From Fimicolochytrium jonesii (taxonomy: Eukaryota), in assembly GCF_025526975.1 (NCBI RefSeq), contig NW_026515689.1, positions 186,001-250,000 of the forward strand: DNA of 64,000 nt, given 5' to 3'. Positions 38,877 to 52,699 of the stretch are shown one piece after another (position 1 is the stretch's first letter; each line of letters begins with the position of its first letter). A model generated the notes under the pieces. The model worked only from the letters and a program-made list of their open reading frames with translations, was not told where the DNA came from and did no database searches. The position numbers and the translations under genes are program-made.

Positions 38877-40019
38877 CTAATAACGCCTGAAGATAAAATC
38901 AAATTGGTAAGCGATCCATACACTTGCCTCATCTTCTAGTTTGACCCGAGAGTCCCTCAAGATCCAGTTCCTGGTAGAGCGTTCGACCATCTAGCATCTC
39001 CATTCAATGATGGCCGACAGCTCATCAAGCCCGGGTAGCTCCAGAGATGGGTCCACTGCCAGCTTCAGCTTAAGCTCCAGCGTTCCTAGCTGAGCTCTTT
39101 CCCAGGTCCGAGGTCCCAAGCCCAGAATCCCCGTGTCGAGTCCCAAGTTCCCCAGAAACGACTCCAGTCCGGATGCCAGACTCTCTTCCGAGCGACCACA
39201 GAAGACCATCATGCTATTGCGTACCTGGGGGATGCGGGACGACGAGAGTCGTATCCGTCTCGAGGTCCATCGCGTGGACCATCGCGTCCTCGAGGGCCGT
39301 CATCAAAGCGGCGCGGAGGAGAACGACCACCGTCCCTGTAGCCGCCTCCACCCCTAGGAGGCGAGTAATCACGGCGGCTACCAGATCGGGGTTCGCCACC
39401 GCGGTAGCCTCTAGGGGATGGAGAACGACGACGGGGCGGGGCACCACCAGGCGATCGAGACCTTGAGCGGCCGTAACGAGGAGGGGGGGAACGGTCCCTG
39501 TAACCACCACCACCACCGCCACCACCACCACTTTTGTGCAATAAGTTTTGAAAATGTTAGTCAATGCTATGAGCCAACACATCGGAATATGTGCCCTTAC
39601 CGGCAGTATTTGGCCAAATGACCAACGTTTCCACACTTGAAGCAACGACCAGAACGGACATCCAAGCCTTTATCCTGGTTCTCAGGGCATTCCCGCACCC
39701 AGTGGCCAGTGCCACCACAGATGAAGCAGCTAGAGTTGTTGGCAGATGACCTCCTTGAAAACTCTACGATGAGCCTCCTGCCTTCGAAAGGATGATCATG
39801 CAGATGCTTGACGGCGTCTTCGGCATCCCGCGGGTCGTCGTATTCCACGAAGCCAAAACCGGCCGGCTTGATCTCCACGTTCAGGATTCTTCCGTAGCGG
39901 GCGAACAGATCTTCGAGATCGCGAAGACTTCCGTGAGGGGAAATTTGGCCGACGTACAGCTTGACTGGACCAGGGCCCGTAGGGGCAGCGGGCGGCTCAT
40001 CTGAGCGTGGACGAGACAT
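38877..40019 (-). CDS. SR-like splicing factor: RRM, two CCHC zinc knuckles and an RS/RG-rich tail
   Basis: RRM 'KLYVGQI...GFGFVEYDDPRDAEDAV...RLIVEFSR', knuckles 'CFICGGTGHWVREC' and 'CFKCGNVGHLAKYC', tail 'RDRSPPPRYGRSRSRSP'. Introns 39600-39531 and 39224-38887; terminal exon 38886-38877. Confidence 0.88.
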
Positions 40020-40337
40020 AATTGCTTTGGGATTTGACGATGATCTGCTGGGGTCGTCACGGAATTAGCAAACCGTACTGAAGCTAGTGATGCGCAGTGC
40101 CGTTGTGATGTCAACGAGTGCCCCGTCCAAACTACCCCAAACTGAAAAATAAGACTAACCGTGAGTGACAGTGACAAGAGCAAGGTTCCCCAGGGATTTA
40201 TCGTTGGGAGGAGTGTGTTGTCCAAGTGTTGGGGAGAGCAAAAAGAGACTCGCAGGCAATTCCCTGGTCAGGTCGCGGAGGCACGTCTGGAAACTTGGAA
40301 CGCTTGGAATTTGCCAGGGAATTTGCACTTCTTCAAG

Positions 40338-40376
40338 GCTTCAGACTGGCTTCAGACAGCTTCAGAAGGCTTCAGA
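40338..40376 (+). repeat. Four copies of GCTTCAGA at 10-11 bp spacing in the divergent SR/RRP43 promoter
   Basis: Copies start at 40338, 40349, 40359 and 40369. Confidence 0.7.
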
Positions 40377-40521
40377 CCTCAAAGATTAGTTCTCTTTCCC
40401 ACATTACAGCACGGGCATAACACCTAGAATTTTGCAACTGCCAGCGAAGACTACGGGCATATTCCTTTGATATCCGCAACTACCTATAACCGGTACAGCT
40501 TTCCCACTAAAATAACAACCA

Positions 40522-42353
40522 ATGGACGTCGACAATTCCTCAGGGACGACCGCCAACGGGGCCGTCGCCTCCTCCAGCTCCGCAGGCGGATTCTCCTTGG
40601 ACGCAGACACGTTCAAAAAGATCCACCCTACGGAATATCACAGAAGATTTCTTTCGCAAGGGGTTCGGGCTGACGGCAGGGAGCTACTGAGATTCCGGAA
40701 GGCAATAGTCACTGTAGGTGCGTACAGTAGCGTGTATGTGCGAGGACTAGGCGATGGAAAGGGGAGAGGCAGCAACTGGGCGTCAACATGGGAAGGAGGC
40801 TGGAATGATATGGAGGGCGTTTGGAAGGCGGCGAAACCCGCCGAAATATCGCCCTACTTCGCGTGTTGACATTTTCCTGACTCATGGTCGTTTCGTAGGA
40901 GTAATCAGTACAGCGCATGGATCTGCAATGGTTCGCTTGGGTGATACTACGGTCATATGTGGTGTGAAAGCTGAAGTCACGGAGCCGAAACCCGCTGCCC
41001 CAAAGCATGGATTTTTGGGTATGTTGCAGGTTCCTTCTGTCAGTTCCCGCTTCGGTTCCCTAACTTACTTGATTCCACAGTGCCTAATGTCGACCTCCCA
41101 CCGATCTGCTCCCCAAATTCCCGACCAGGACCTCCTAGCGAGCTTGCGCAAACCGTTAGCGAGTACATCGATCAAGTCGTGAAGGGCAGCGAGCTTCTCA
41201 ATGCCCAAGATCTGTGCATCGAACCCGGGCACGCCGTCTGGGTGTTGTACGCCGACATTGTGTGTCTGAATCATGATGGGAACATTTTGGATGCTGCGTT
41301 GATAGCATTGGGAGCCGCATTGCGGCATGGTACGTGGAATGCGTTCTTGGTGTGCTTTGCGATATCCAACTCACTTCCTTCTTTTGCAGTACGACTACCG
41401 AAAGCAACCTATAACGATGAGTTGGGAGGGACAGTTCGTGTCGCCGAGGAGAAGACGATCGCATTGAAGATTAGGAGGTCACTGGTACCCGTCACGTTTG
41501 GCGTATTTGATAGGTATGACTCCTTCAGCAGGGCTTCACACGTGGTTGGCGAGAATGTGGCGAGAAGGTTGGCGATAAGGTTGCCAAGGGAGATTCGCGC
41601 GGGAAGACGCCGAACTGGAGGAAGGAGGCGAGGCCATGGCAGCCATGGCCAGAGGCCAGCTCAGAATAAGACCGAGGAGACGTCGAAGACTTCCATCTTT
41701 GTCGCAAACTTGCCGGAAAGCCTCGAGGAAGAAGAGCTAGCCTCCATCTTCGAAGACTACAGCGTCACCTCGGTCAACATAGTCCAGGTCCACATCGGCC
41801 GCTCCAGAGGGTTCGGGTTCGTCGACCTGGCGAATTAGGGAGCAACAGAAAGAGTTGCAGGAGCTGGTCATTAAGGTCGATATGGCTTGCCAGACCCCGC
41901 CCGCGAAGGATGGGGACGCTACATCTGCTGAAGATCGGGAGCGACGGTCTGGAGAGGAGGATGAGCCGGAGTCTTTGTTAAGATCAGGAGCAGCCTTCTG
42001 GGAAGGAGGAGGAGCCGAAATTTGCTGAAGATCAGGAGCCGTAGGCAGAAACCCTTTTATCAAGATGACTTACAAATCCTTACTTCTTGTTTTCCGTTTC
42101 GCACAGCATAACGCCGTTAGCCGACCCGACCTTCGATGAAGAACCGCACCTGTCCTCGCGCATCAGCTACATCCTCTCCCACCTATCTACCTCCACACCG
42201 TCAGACGCCATACAACTTGCTGGCTTGTACAACCCAGGCGGGGCACCCGTTACGCGAGCAACAATGACTACTTGCTTGGCGCAAGCGAAGAAGCGGGCAA
42301 AGGAAATCCTGGCGCTCGTTGATGAGGCGTTTACGGATGTCATTGGCGTATAG
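40522..42353 (+). CDS. RRP43: Exosome core subunit Rrp43 (RNase PH family)
   Basis: 'FKKIHPTEYHRRFL..GVRADGR', 'HGSAMVRLGDTTVICGVKAE', 'PNVDLPPICSP..RPGPPS', 'WVLYADIVCLNHDGNILDA' and 'LADPTFDEE'. Four introns, the last at 41514-42106. Confidence 0.93.
41590..41900 (+). pseudogene. Decayed RRM-protein fragment nested in the last RRP43 intron
   Basis: 'GGRRRGHG...SKTSIFVANLPESLEEEELASIFEDYSVTSVNIV...GRSRGFGFVDLAN*' (RNP2 IFVANL, RNP1 RGFGFVDL). After a stop and frameshift it continues 'EQQKELQELVIKV'. Confidence 0.75.
41926..42041 (+). repeat. Degenerate tandem repeat of about 48 bp in the RRP43 intron
   Basis: Motif tgctgaagatcRggagc at 41926 and 42023, with variant tgttaagatcaggagc at 41976, separated by similar GA-rich spacers. 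Confidence 0.65.
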
Positions 42354-42991
42354 ATGTCGTAGTTATGGAGCTGTATGTAGGGTGACTGCAGGGTCTCGCT
42401 GCCATGTCTTCCGTGTGAACGCTTTCACACTTATATCCTTTGCCTTTGACGACCAGCGCGTAATTTATGGATTGTTTAGAGGGACTTACCTTGTGTCGCC
42501 TACCGACTGAAAGCAGAGGGTGCTCAGGGAGCAAAGATTTGGAGACGCCGACCGACGATGGACATCATTTCCAACGTCGGATCCAACGTCTGGCAGACGT
42601 TCGTTCGCTTTTTGATGGGCAACTTGATCATTAAAACTGTGTCGGGTGCCTCACTGAAAGTCCATCCTCTCAATTTGCGACAGAGCGGAAATAGGATCTA
42701 GGGAATGTTCTGTGCTTACGTCACGGTCGCGGCGAGTCGTGGACTGGCGGCCTGCGATCGAACCGTGAAGGCAGAAACCACACCGCAATTGCTGTCCAAC
42801 GTTTCAAAGAGTTCATCAGGTTGTAAAGGCTCACGAGACGCATCCACAGTGGTAGGTTCAGACGCTTAGTTGTTCACCTTCATCGAAGCTTCCTGCTAAT
42901 GCGGTTGGTCTGCTCCGTTTTAGCACTGAGATCACTGAAGCGGAGTGGGAAATCCGTCGAAGCGGAGTCGATCTTGCGGAACAGACGAAGG

Positions 42992-44116
42992 ATGGGCGTT
43001 GTAACTAATTTAACGTTATTCGCGGAGATCGGGGTGGCCGCTGTAGCGGCAGTAGTGTCGCTGATATTAGCACTACGACTGGTATCGCCATCACCGAGGA
43101 GCGCAACAGAGGAGGAACTGCATTATGCAGACGTCGTCACCAACGAACGGCGGCGATTCCCCAACCTTCTCGAAAAGCAACCATTCAACGACGCAGCAGG
43201 CGCCACATCACCCAACCGGCGGGCATCCCTCGACATCACACTTTCCGTCATCGTTCCCGCATACAACGAGACCGTTCGGCTGCCGACCATGCTCGAAGAG
43301 ACGTTAACGTATCTGGATAAGCGGGCCACAGGGGATGCAACTTTCAATTACGAGATCGTGGTGGTGGACGATGGGAGTAAAGACGCGACTTCGGAGACTG
43401 CGAGGAAAGTCGCAAAGGCACATTCACAAAATTCTGGTGTGAAGGCACCGTGGGAGCGTCGGGAGTTGCGGGTGTTGACGTTACGGAAGAACAGGGGAAA
43501 GGGCGGGGCGGTGACGCAGGGGATGCTGGCGGCTAGAGGGAGGCTCCTGCTCTTTGCAGACGCGGATGGTGCGACGAAGTTTGCGGATATTGAGAAGTTG
43601 GAGGGTGCTTTGGAGAAGGTTTCTGAGAACGGGTTGGGAGTGGCTGTCGGTTCGAGAGCGCACATGGTTTCCGCTGCGGCTGTTGTGCAGGTGCGTAACC
43701 CTGTACTTTTTGCAAGTAGTCCGAAAGCGAGCAGTTTCATTGACGCCTTGTCCCTCCAGCGATCCTTCATCCGCAACTTCCTGATGCACGGCTTCCACAC
43801 CATCCTCCTTGTCCTCGGCATCTCCAGCATCAAAGACACCCAATGCGGCTTCAAGCTCCTCACCCGCCCCGCCGCGCAACACGTCTTTCCTAACATGCAC
43901 GCCGAGGGCTGGATCTTCGACATTGAGCTACTGCTCATCGCGCTCAGCTTGCGGATACCCGTCGTGGAAGTGCCTGTCAATTGGCATGAAGTGGAAGGCA
44001 CGAAGATGTCGTTGATGAGGGATTCGGTTGTAATGTTGATTGATTTGTTGGTTATTCGCGCCAACTATGTTCTTGGGTTTTGGAGGGTTAAGAGGCATAA
44101 AGTGAAGGATTCATAG
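42992..44116 (+). CDS. ALG5: Dolichyl-phosphate beta-glucosyltransferase (GT2)
   Basis: N-terminal TM helix, 'LSVIVPAYNE', 'VVDDGSKD', 'NRGKGGAV', 'LFADADGAT', 'DTQCGFKL' and 'WIFDIELL'. Intron 43691-43759. Confidence 0.95.
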   Translation: MGVVTNLTLFAEIGVAAVAAVVSLILALRLVSPSPRSATEEELHYADVVTNERRRFPNLLEKQPFNDAAGATSPNRRASLDITLSVIVPAYNETVRLPTMLEETLTYLDKRATGDATFNYEIVVVDDGSKDATSETARKVAKAHSQNSGVKAPWERRELRVLTLRKNRGKGGAVTQGMLAARGRLLLFADADGATKFADIEKLEGALEKVSENGLGVAVGSRAHMVSAAAVVQVRNPVLFASSPKASSFIDALSLQRSFIRNFLMHGFHTILLVLGISSIKDTQCGFKLLTRPAAQHVFPNMHAEGWIFDIELLLIALSLRIPVVEVPVNWHEVEGTKMSLMRDSVVMLIDLLVIRANYVLGFWRVKRHKVKDS

Positions 44117-44460
44117 AGTGGGGTGGGATTGGAGAATTGCGGGCCCATAGAGGATAGACAAAACAAGAGTTGGAGACAAACGATAGATGGAAAAGCATTT
44201 TAGACTCTGCTGGATACCACTTTGTACATCACTTCACATTAGCACATCGATTGCTCGTCTCATACTCGAAGGATACACCAAATCCGATTGATTGACGTTG
44301 GAAAAAAATCTATGTGACGATTCTGCCCCAAAGGCAAAGTATACAAAGGATAAAACATACCCCGAACAGGACGAAAGCTAGCCGTCCAGCGTACGCAGTC
44401 CCGGGGTCAACCACGACGACCTCAGCCAATGGGATCCACCCATGGACATGGACGTGGACA

Positions 44461-46439
44461 TCAAACCTGGAAACTCAGCCGATTTTCTCGTCGCTTGTGT
44501 CGTGGCCGATATAGTGTGTAGCAACCGGTCAGGAAAGCGAAGCCGAGGAGGATGAAGATGAAGGCATCGTAACCGTATTGGATTCCGCGGAGGTTTTGCA
44601 TTTGGACGCCGAATATTGCTGTGGGAGGGAATTGGGGTTTTATCAGCCGCAATCTTCGAGACAGCGTTAGAGGAGACCCCGGCCGTCTCCTTACATTGAT
44701 TGGAAGTATATCGCGCAAACTTTGCGAACGCCAACGTGCAGAATTGTGCCACCGACATAGAGCAAATGAGCACCACTCCCGTGTTGAAGACGATAGAGTT
44801 CATCAACGACTCGCCCACCCTGAAACGCACACAGAAGTCAACATCACCCATCCTCTCCACCACGCAACATCAGCAATCAGTCATACCTCAGAGGGTGAAT
44901 CGGCAAAAAGAACACCTTCATCCCCAACGTCGCCACGCCCTTCAGCACGCACGCAAGAAGGTAGAACGAGAATAGGGCGTAAAACACCGTTCCGACAAAG
45001 GGAACGTCGTTGACGGCGTTTAGGAAGTTGTTGAGGAAGGGGTGGTACGGGTTTTGGTGGAGTGCCCAGGGGATTAGATAGAGGATGATGTGGATGAACC
45101 AGACGAGGGAGAGGATAGAGCTGGGGGCAAGCCATCGTCAGTATGGAGGCGAGGGGTTTTCAGGGGCCCAAATGAAATAGCGGTCTCATCGAACTTACCC
45201 GATGATCCCCGCAATGAACAGTCCCAGCTGGAGCAAGAAATTCCCCCCCTGGTTCCTATAACAATCTTCTAACGTCCGATAATGCAGCTCCAAAATAATA
45301 ACATCCTTCCTGAACTCATTCTCCCTATTCTTCAGCCTCCTCCAGCTCCGCCCACTCAACCCACTCCGATTTGCCGCCCTCAACTCCTCATTTAGCGTTT
45401 TCCCAGCCTCCATGAGCAGTACGGAGTTTCGGCCGATTTCCTTTTTTGTCTCTTTGTACTCGTTCGCTGTGATGGGTTTTGGGCGGTGCAGGAACTGGGA
45501 GACCCAGTCGTGGGGCAGGGCGACGAGCCCGACGCCGCCGAAGATGGAGAAGAGCACCCAGCCGACGAAGGAGACGATGGCGACGATGTAGACTAGGACT
45601 GAGACGCTGGCGTGGATTGTGCCTGGTTGGCGATAACACTATAAAATACACATCGAAGGTGAGTGAAACTATATTAATTCCCACTGAAGGCTCTCGGAGC
45701 GCACCTGAGTAAAGCCCGTCAGCGCCACATTCGTGGTTCTCCCACAATACGCGACTGAAGCCGCAAAGCTCATGTCGGACCCGGGAGTCAGCACCCCAGT
45801 CAATCTCGTCGCTTTTACGTCCGCGTATCCCGAAAACCAGTAAAGAGCTGCGATAACTCCAGCAGAAAAGACAAGAATTGGTACGAGCCATTTGAGTGCG
45901 TATCCGAAGGCGGATGGCGTGGATCTGCATTAAGAGGCGTTTGTAAGCCGTTCAACTCCCGGCTATAATGAAAGGGCAGTCATGCGAAGACAACACATAC
46001 TTCTGATCCCCATCATCCTCGTCAGATCCCTCGTAGAAGAACACCGTGAACGGTACGATGACAAGACACCATATAACGGTGACGATGTAGAATGCTATAC
46101 TTATTTGCGTCATCGGTATTTTCCCTGGTGCGTCTAATTGTCCCTTTTGATTCGCGACGTCCAGTGGTAACAGGAAGATATTATAACATGCTATTGACAG
46201 TCCGAGGACCTGTGATTCGAAGGATGCAATCAATCGCTCGTTCACAGCGCCGATCACCCGAGGCAAGCTGGGCAGCTCAAGAAAAGCGCATCAGAACGTA
46301 CCACTATGACTTTTGGGAACCAGGCCACCCATTTGTCGTCCGGATGTTGAAAGTATACCAAGAAGTAGATCGACGCTATGATCACCAGTATGGCAAAAAC
46401 CACCGTCGTCAGGACGAGGACGACGTCAACGTGGACCAT
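44461..46439 (-). CDS. LMBR1/LIMR-family multi-pass membrane protein
   Basis: 'YFLVYFQHPDDKWVAWFPK', 'NIFLLPLDVAN', 'IVPFTVFFYE', 'FGGVGLVALP' and 'GESLMNSIVFNT'. Multi-exon. Confidence 0.88.
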
Positions 46440-47063
46440 TTTTGCTGAGGCCTGCCGTGTAGAGGCCTGTGGGCCTCAATGCTAGGGGATGTTCCTCAAA
46501 CCGACGGATTTGGTTTGGTCTAAGCACACGCCCAGAATACTGGGTGAAGCGTTCTAGTGAGAATTATAATAGCCGAGAAATCATCGAATGCGCTGTTGGT
46601 TCAATAATCTGCCACCCGTCCCAAAGTCTAATAGTATCTGATCTCGAGGATTGGGGGCACTGTCAAACCCAGTCCGCTCGCTTACCAAATATATTCGGCG
46701 CGATACTTTAAACTTAGTCCAAAACTCGTGGTCTCACGGGACTCTTGTGGCTTGTGACAAGGGCCTACCCCCGAGGAGATCGTCTGTCGGCGTATCTCTC
46801 TGTGCGGCGTCTCAGAAGAGGATGATTTAAGATGCGTCATCACCATGTAATCGCGCTATCTCCCATTGGCATGCGCGAGTCCCCCGTTCAGTTCCCAGCA
46901 CCACCACACGTTTTCTCTGTCTTTTTCTCGAGGGAGTTTCTCCGACCTTCATCAACCAAAAAGAAGGGAAATCCCTACTCTGTATATTTTAGCGCATCCC
47001 GTTCTCCGTCGGGCCTCTTGTCACACCGATCTCCTTCTGCCTCTTATTACGCTCTTTCGCTGC

Positions 47064-47094
47064 TGCGACTGACGTTTTGCGACTGACGTTTTGC
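47064..47094 (+). repeat. Perfect 14-bp tandem duplication (TGCGACTGACGTTT)x2 upstream of the CPA1 uORF
   Basis: tgcgactgacgttt tgcgactgacgttt tgc; each copy contains TGACGT. Confidence 0.75.
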
Positions 47095-47200
47095 TTCCGT
47101 CGCCTTTTACTTCCTTTTCCCAGCGTTCTTTCCCACCCGGCTGAACGCTCCTCAACTTACTTCAACTCAGCCCACCTTGCTTTGCGGTTCGCCATATCGA

Positions 47201-47414
47201 ATGTACTCCCACTCTGCCGAAAAGGTTTCAAGCGACTATATCAGCGACCAGGTATGTGCACCGCGACGACGGGGAGAGTGGGAGCTTTCACGCGTATTGT
47301 GACCTTGTCGGCCCACGCAATGACAACTATTCCAGCCTCCTCTAACGCCATTTGCTTTTCTTCACCTCCCTTTTTCCGTCATGCCAGGTTTACAAGACTG
47401 CCGAATACCAGTGA
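47201..47414 (+). CDS. Upstream ORF encoding an arginine attenuator peptide (AAP)-like peptide, 25 aa, intron-split
   Basis: Exon 47201-47251, intron 47252-47387 (GTATGT...TCTAAC...CCAG) and exon 47388-47414 give MYSHSAEKVSSDYISDQVYKTAEYQ*. The DYISD core sits at positions 12-16 and the stop is 112 nt before the CPA1 ATG. Confidence 0.88.
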
Positions 47415-47526
47415 ACTCCTTTGCTCAGCCAGTCATATATCTTTTTGAGATATAACGTTGGCCACATTGAAAATCGTCTAGCAACACCTACGAAACCAAA
47501 AATTCGCACTGGTTATTCTGTCAGAA

Positions 47527-49077
47527 ATGCAAACCGTAGTCAAAAAGGTTGCTCCCTCGACCCTCTTCGGGGTGTCCCGAGCCCTGATGCGTCGCAGCTG
47601 CACTCCTCTGGCTGTGACAGCGTCCCCGGTCGCCCTGAGCGGGACGCGTCTCCTTGCTTCCGTATCAGGAGGAAACCCTCGCCTCAAGGCCCAACTCGAC
47701 AAGACGGAAAAGGCCAAGAAACACCAGCAATACGTCGCCCAGTCTGTGCCAGAACCACCTCGCTTGCCTGCTACTTTGCGGTTACAGACGGGCCAAACTT
47801 TCGCTGCTACTTCTTTCGGTGCGCCTCTCAAAGGAAAGGAAAACAAGGTCGGAGGCGAAATCGTCTTCACGACGGCCCTTGTCGGTTATCCCGAGTCCAT
47901 GACCGACCCATCGTACCGTGGACAAATCCTCGTGTTTACCCAACCTCTCGTCGGCAACTATGGTGTACCTGGCCAAACCCGTGACGAATTTGGCTTACTC
48001 AAGCACTTCGAGGCCGATGGGATTCAAGTTCAAGGCATCATCGTCAGTGATTACGCAGCGAAATACTCCCATTGGAATGCCGTCGAGTCGTTGGGCCAGT
48101 GGTGCGCTCGTTACGGAGTTCCTGCGTTGACAGGCGTTGACACTCGCGCCGTCGTCACATTGTTGAGGGAACGCGGATCTACATTGGCAGAAATCTGCAT
48201 TGGTGACAACTCCCCGACAGACCTGCGGGAAAGTGCCCCTATTGAGACGAAAGACCCTAACGCGAAGAATCTCGTAGCTGAGGCGTCAACCAAGACGGTG
48301 ACATTGTACAATCCGGACGGCGATAGCACAATCCTGCTCATCGACTGTGGCGCCAAGCAGAACATCATTCGCTCGCTCGCCAAGCGCGGAGCCCGCGTCA
48401 TGGTCGTCCCATGGAACTTTGACATCGTTCGTCACTACAACGCCATTCAAGAGGCAAGCAGCACTTTTGCGAAACCTGGTGCCAACACCTCACACGCATT
48501 CGATGGTATCTTCCTCTCGAACGGTCCTGGTAACCCACAAGCGGCCTACCAGACTGCTCGCAACCTCCGTGCCTTCATGCAACTCCCACAAGCCAAGACC
48601 TTACCCATGTTTGGCATCTGCATGGGCAACCAACTCATGGGTCTGGCCGCCGGGTTCGGTTCGTACAAGCTCAAGTACGGCAACCGCGGCCACAATCAGC
48701 CTGCCATCAACCTCGTGACGGGCAAATGCGTCATCACGTCTCAGAACCACGGTTACGCCCTCGACGATACGAGCGTCGCGACCGGACACCCTGTTCCTGA
48801 AGATTGGATCCCCTTCTTCCGCAACGCTAATGATGGTTCAAATGAAGGAATTCGTCACGTCGCCCACCCATGGTCGTCCGTCCAGTTCCACCCCGAGGCC
48901 ATGGGAGGCCCTCTCGACACGGACTACCTCTTTGACGAGTTCTTGAGCGATGTCAGGGAATACAAGAAGCGCCGCAACCTTAACCGACTCATCCCGGGTC
49001 GCGAGGCTGAGATTGGTGCCACTCGCATCGAGGAGGAATCACAGCCGCTGTTGAAGAAGCGCGGAACTGTTGCATGA
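47527..49077 (+). CDS. CPA1: Arginine-specific carbamoyl-phosphate synthase small (glutaminase) subunit, mitochondrial precursor
   Basis: Intronless ORF with 'GEIVFTTALVGYPESMTDPSYRGQIL', 'LSNGPGNP', catalytic 'FGICMGNQ', 'TSQNHGYA' and 'QFHPEA'. N-terminus is R/S/A-rich. Confidence 0.97.
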   Translation: MQTVVKKVAPSTLFGVSRALMRRSCTPLAVTASPVALSGTRLLASVSGGNPRLKAQLDKTEKAKKHQQYVAQSVPEPPRLPATLRLQTGQTFAATSFGAPLKGKENKVGGEIVFTTALVGYPESMTDPSYRGQILVFTQPLVGNYGVPGQTRDEFGLLKHFEADGIQVQGIIVSDYAAKYSHWNAVESLGQWCARYGVPALTGVDTRAVVTLLRERGSTLAEICIGDNSPTDLRESAPIETKDPNAKNLVAEASTKTVTLYNPDGDSTILLIDCGAKQNIIRSLAKRGARVMVVPWNFDIVRHYNAIQEASSTFAKPGANTSHAFDGIFLSNGPGNPQAAYQTARNLRAFMQLPQAKTLPMFGICMGNQLMGLAAGFGSYKLKYGNRGHNQPAINLVTGKCVITSQNHGYALDDTSVATGHPVPEDWIPFFRNANDGSNEGIRHVAHPWSSVQFHPEAMGGPLDTDYLFDEFLSDVREYKKRRNLNRLIPGREAEIGATRIEEESQPLLKKRGTVA

Positions 49078-49646
49078 GACTCCGTGTGTCTCTTCCTGGC
49101 CTACGTCAGTCGCCTTACGTCGATATGTAGTGCTCTATCCTCTCCCTCTCTGTCATGTGATCCTTCATCATTCGTTTCTTTTGCATCACTTTCTACTGCT
49201 AGTCAGTAGCTTTGTCTTCCTCCTTGTGCATGTTGTCATAAGAAGCTCATGTCTTCACACTTTCTGGTCAAAGTAATAAAGCTTTTCTTGGTCCATATCG
49301 ATGCTTGTGATCCCACCGGCTGTGTCGCTCAGTTGGACTGCCACGACACCCACCACAGAAGGAAAAAGGAACTCGATGGCACACCAGTCCTTCAAGATTC
49401 GACTGAGAATAAATATGACGTCTAGGGTATACTCAAAGAAATGCACAAAAATCCTTGAAAATCCAAAAAAGAAAATGGAAGCAATCGTCCTAAAACCGCC
49501 AGCAGTGAACGCCAGCGCTATGAGCCGACGATTGCTAAAGGATTCTCATCCCATACGGGGAGCTATACGGAGGGTTCCCGTAAAAAAAAACCAGTGCGCC
49601 ACGCCCCGTCGTTGCATCTATAGTGCGCCCGTGAGAAAGACAGGCG

Positions 49647-52699
<3,053 letters not shown>

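Noticed and set aside
47102..47110. GCCTTTTAC, matching the U5 snRNA loop 1 sequence
   Set aside because: The flanks do not form the U5 stem and no Sm site follows; it lies in a pyrimidine-rich promoter or leader.
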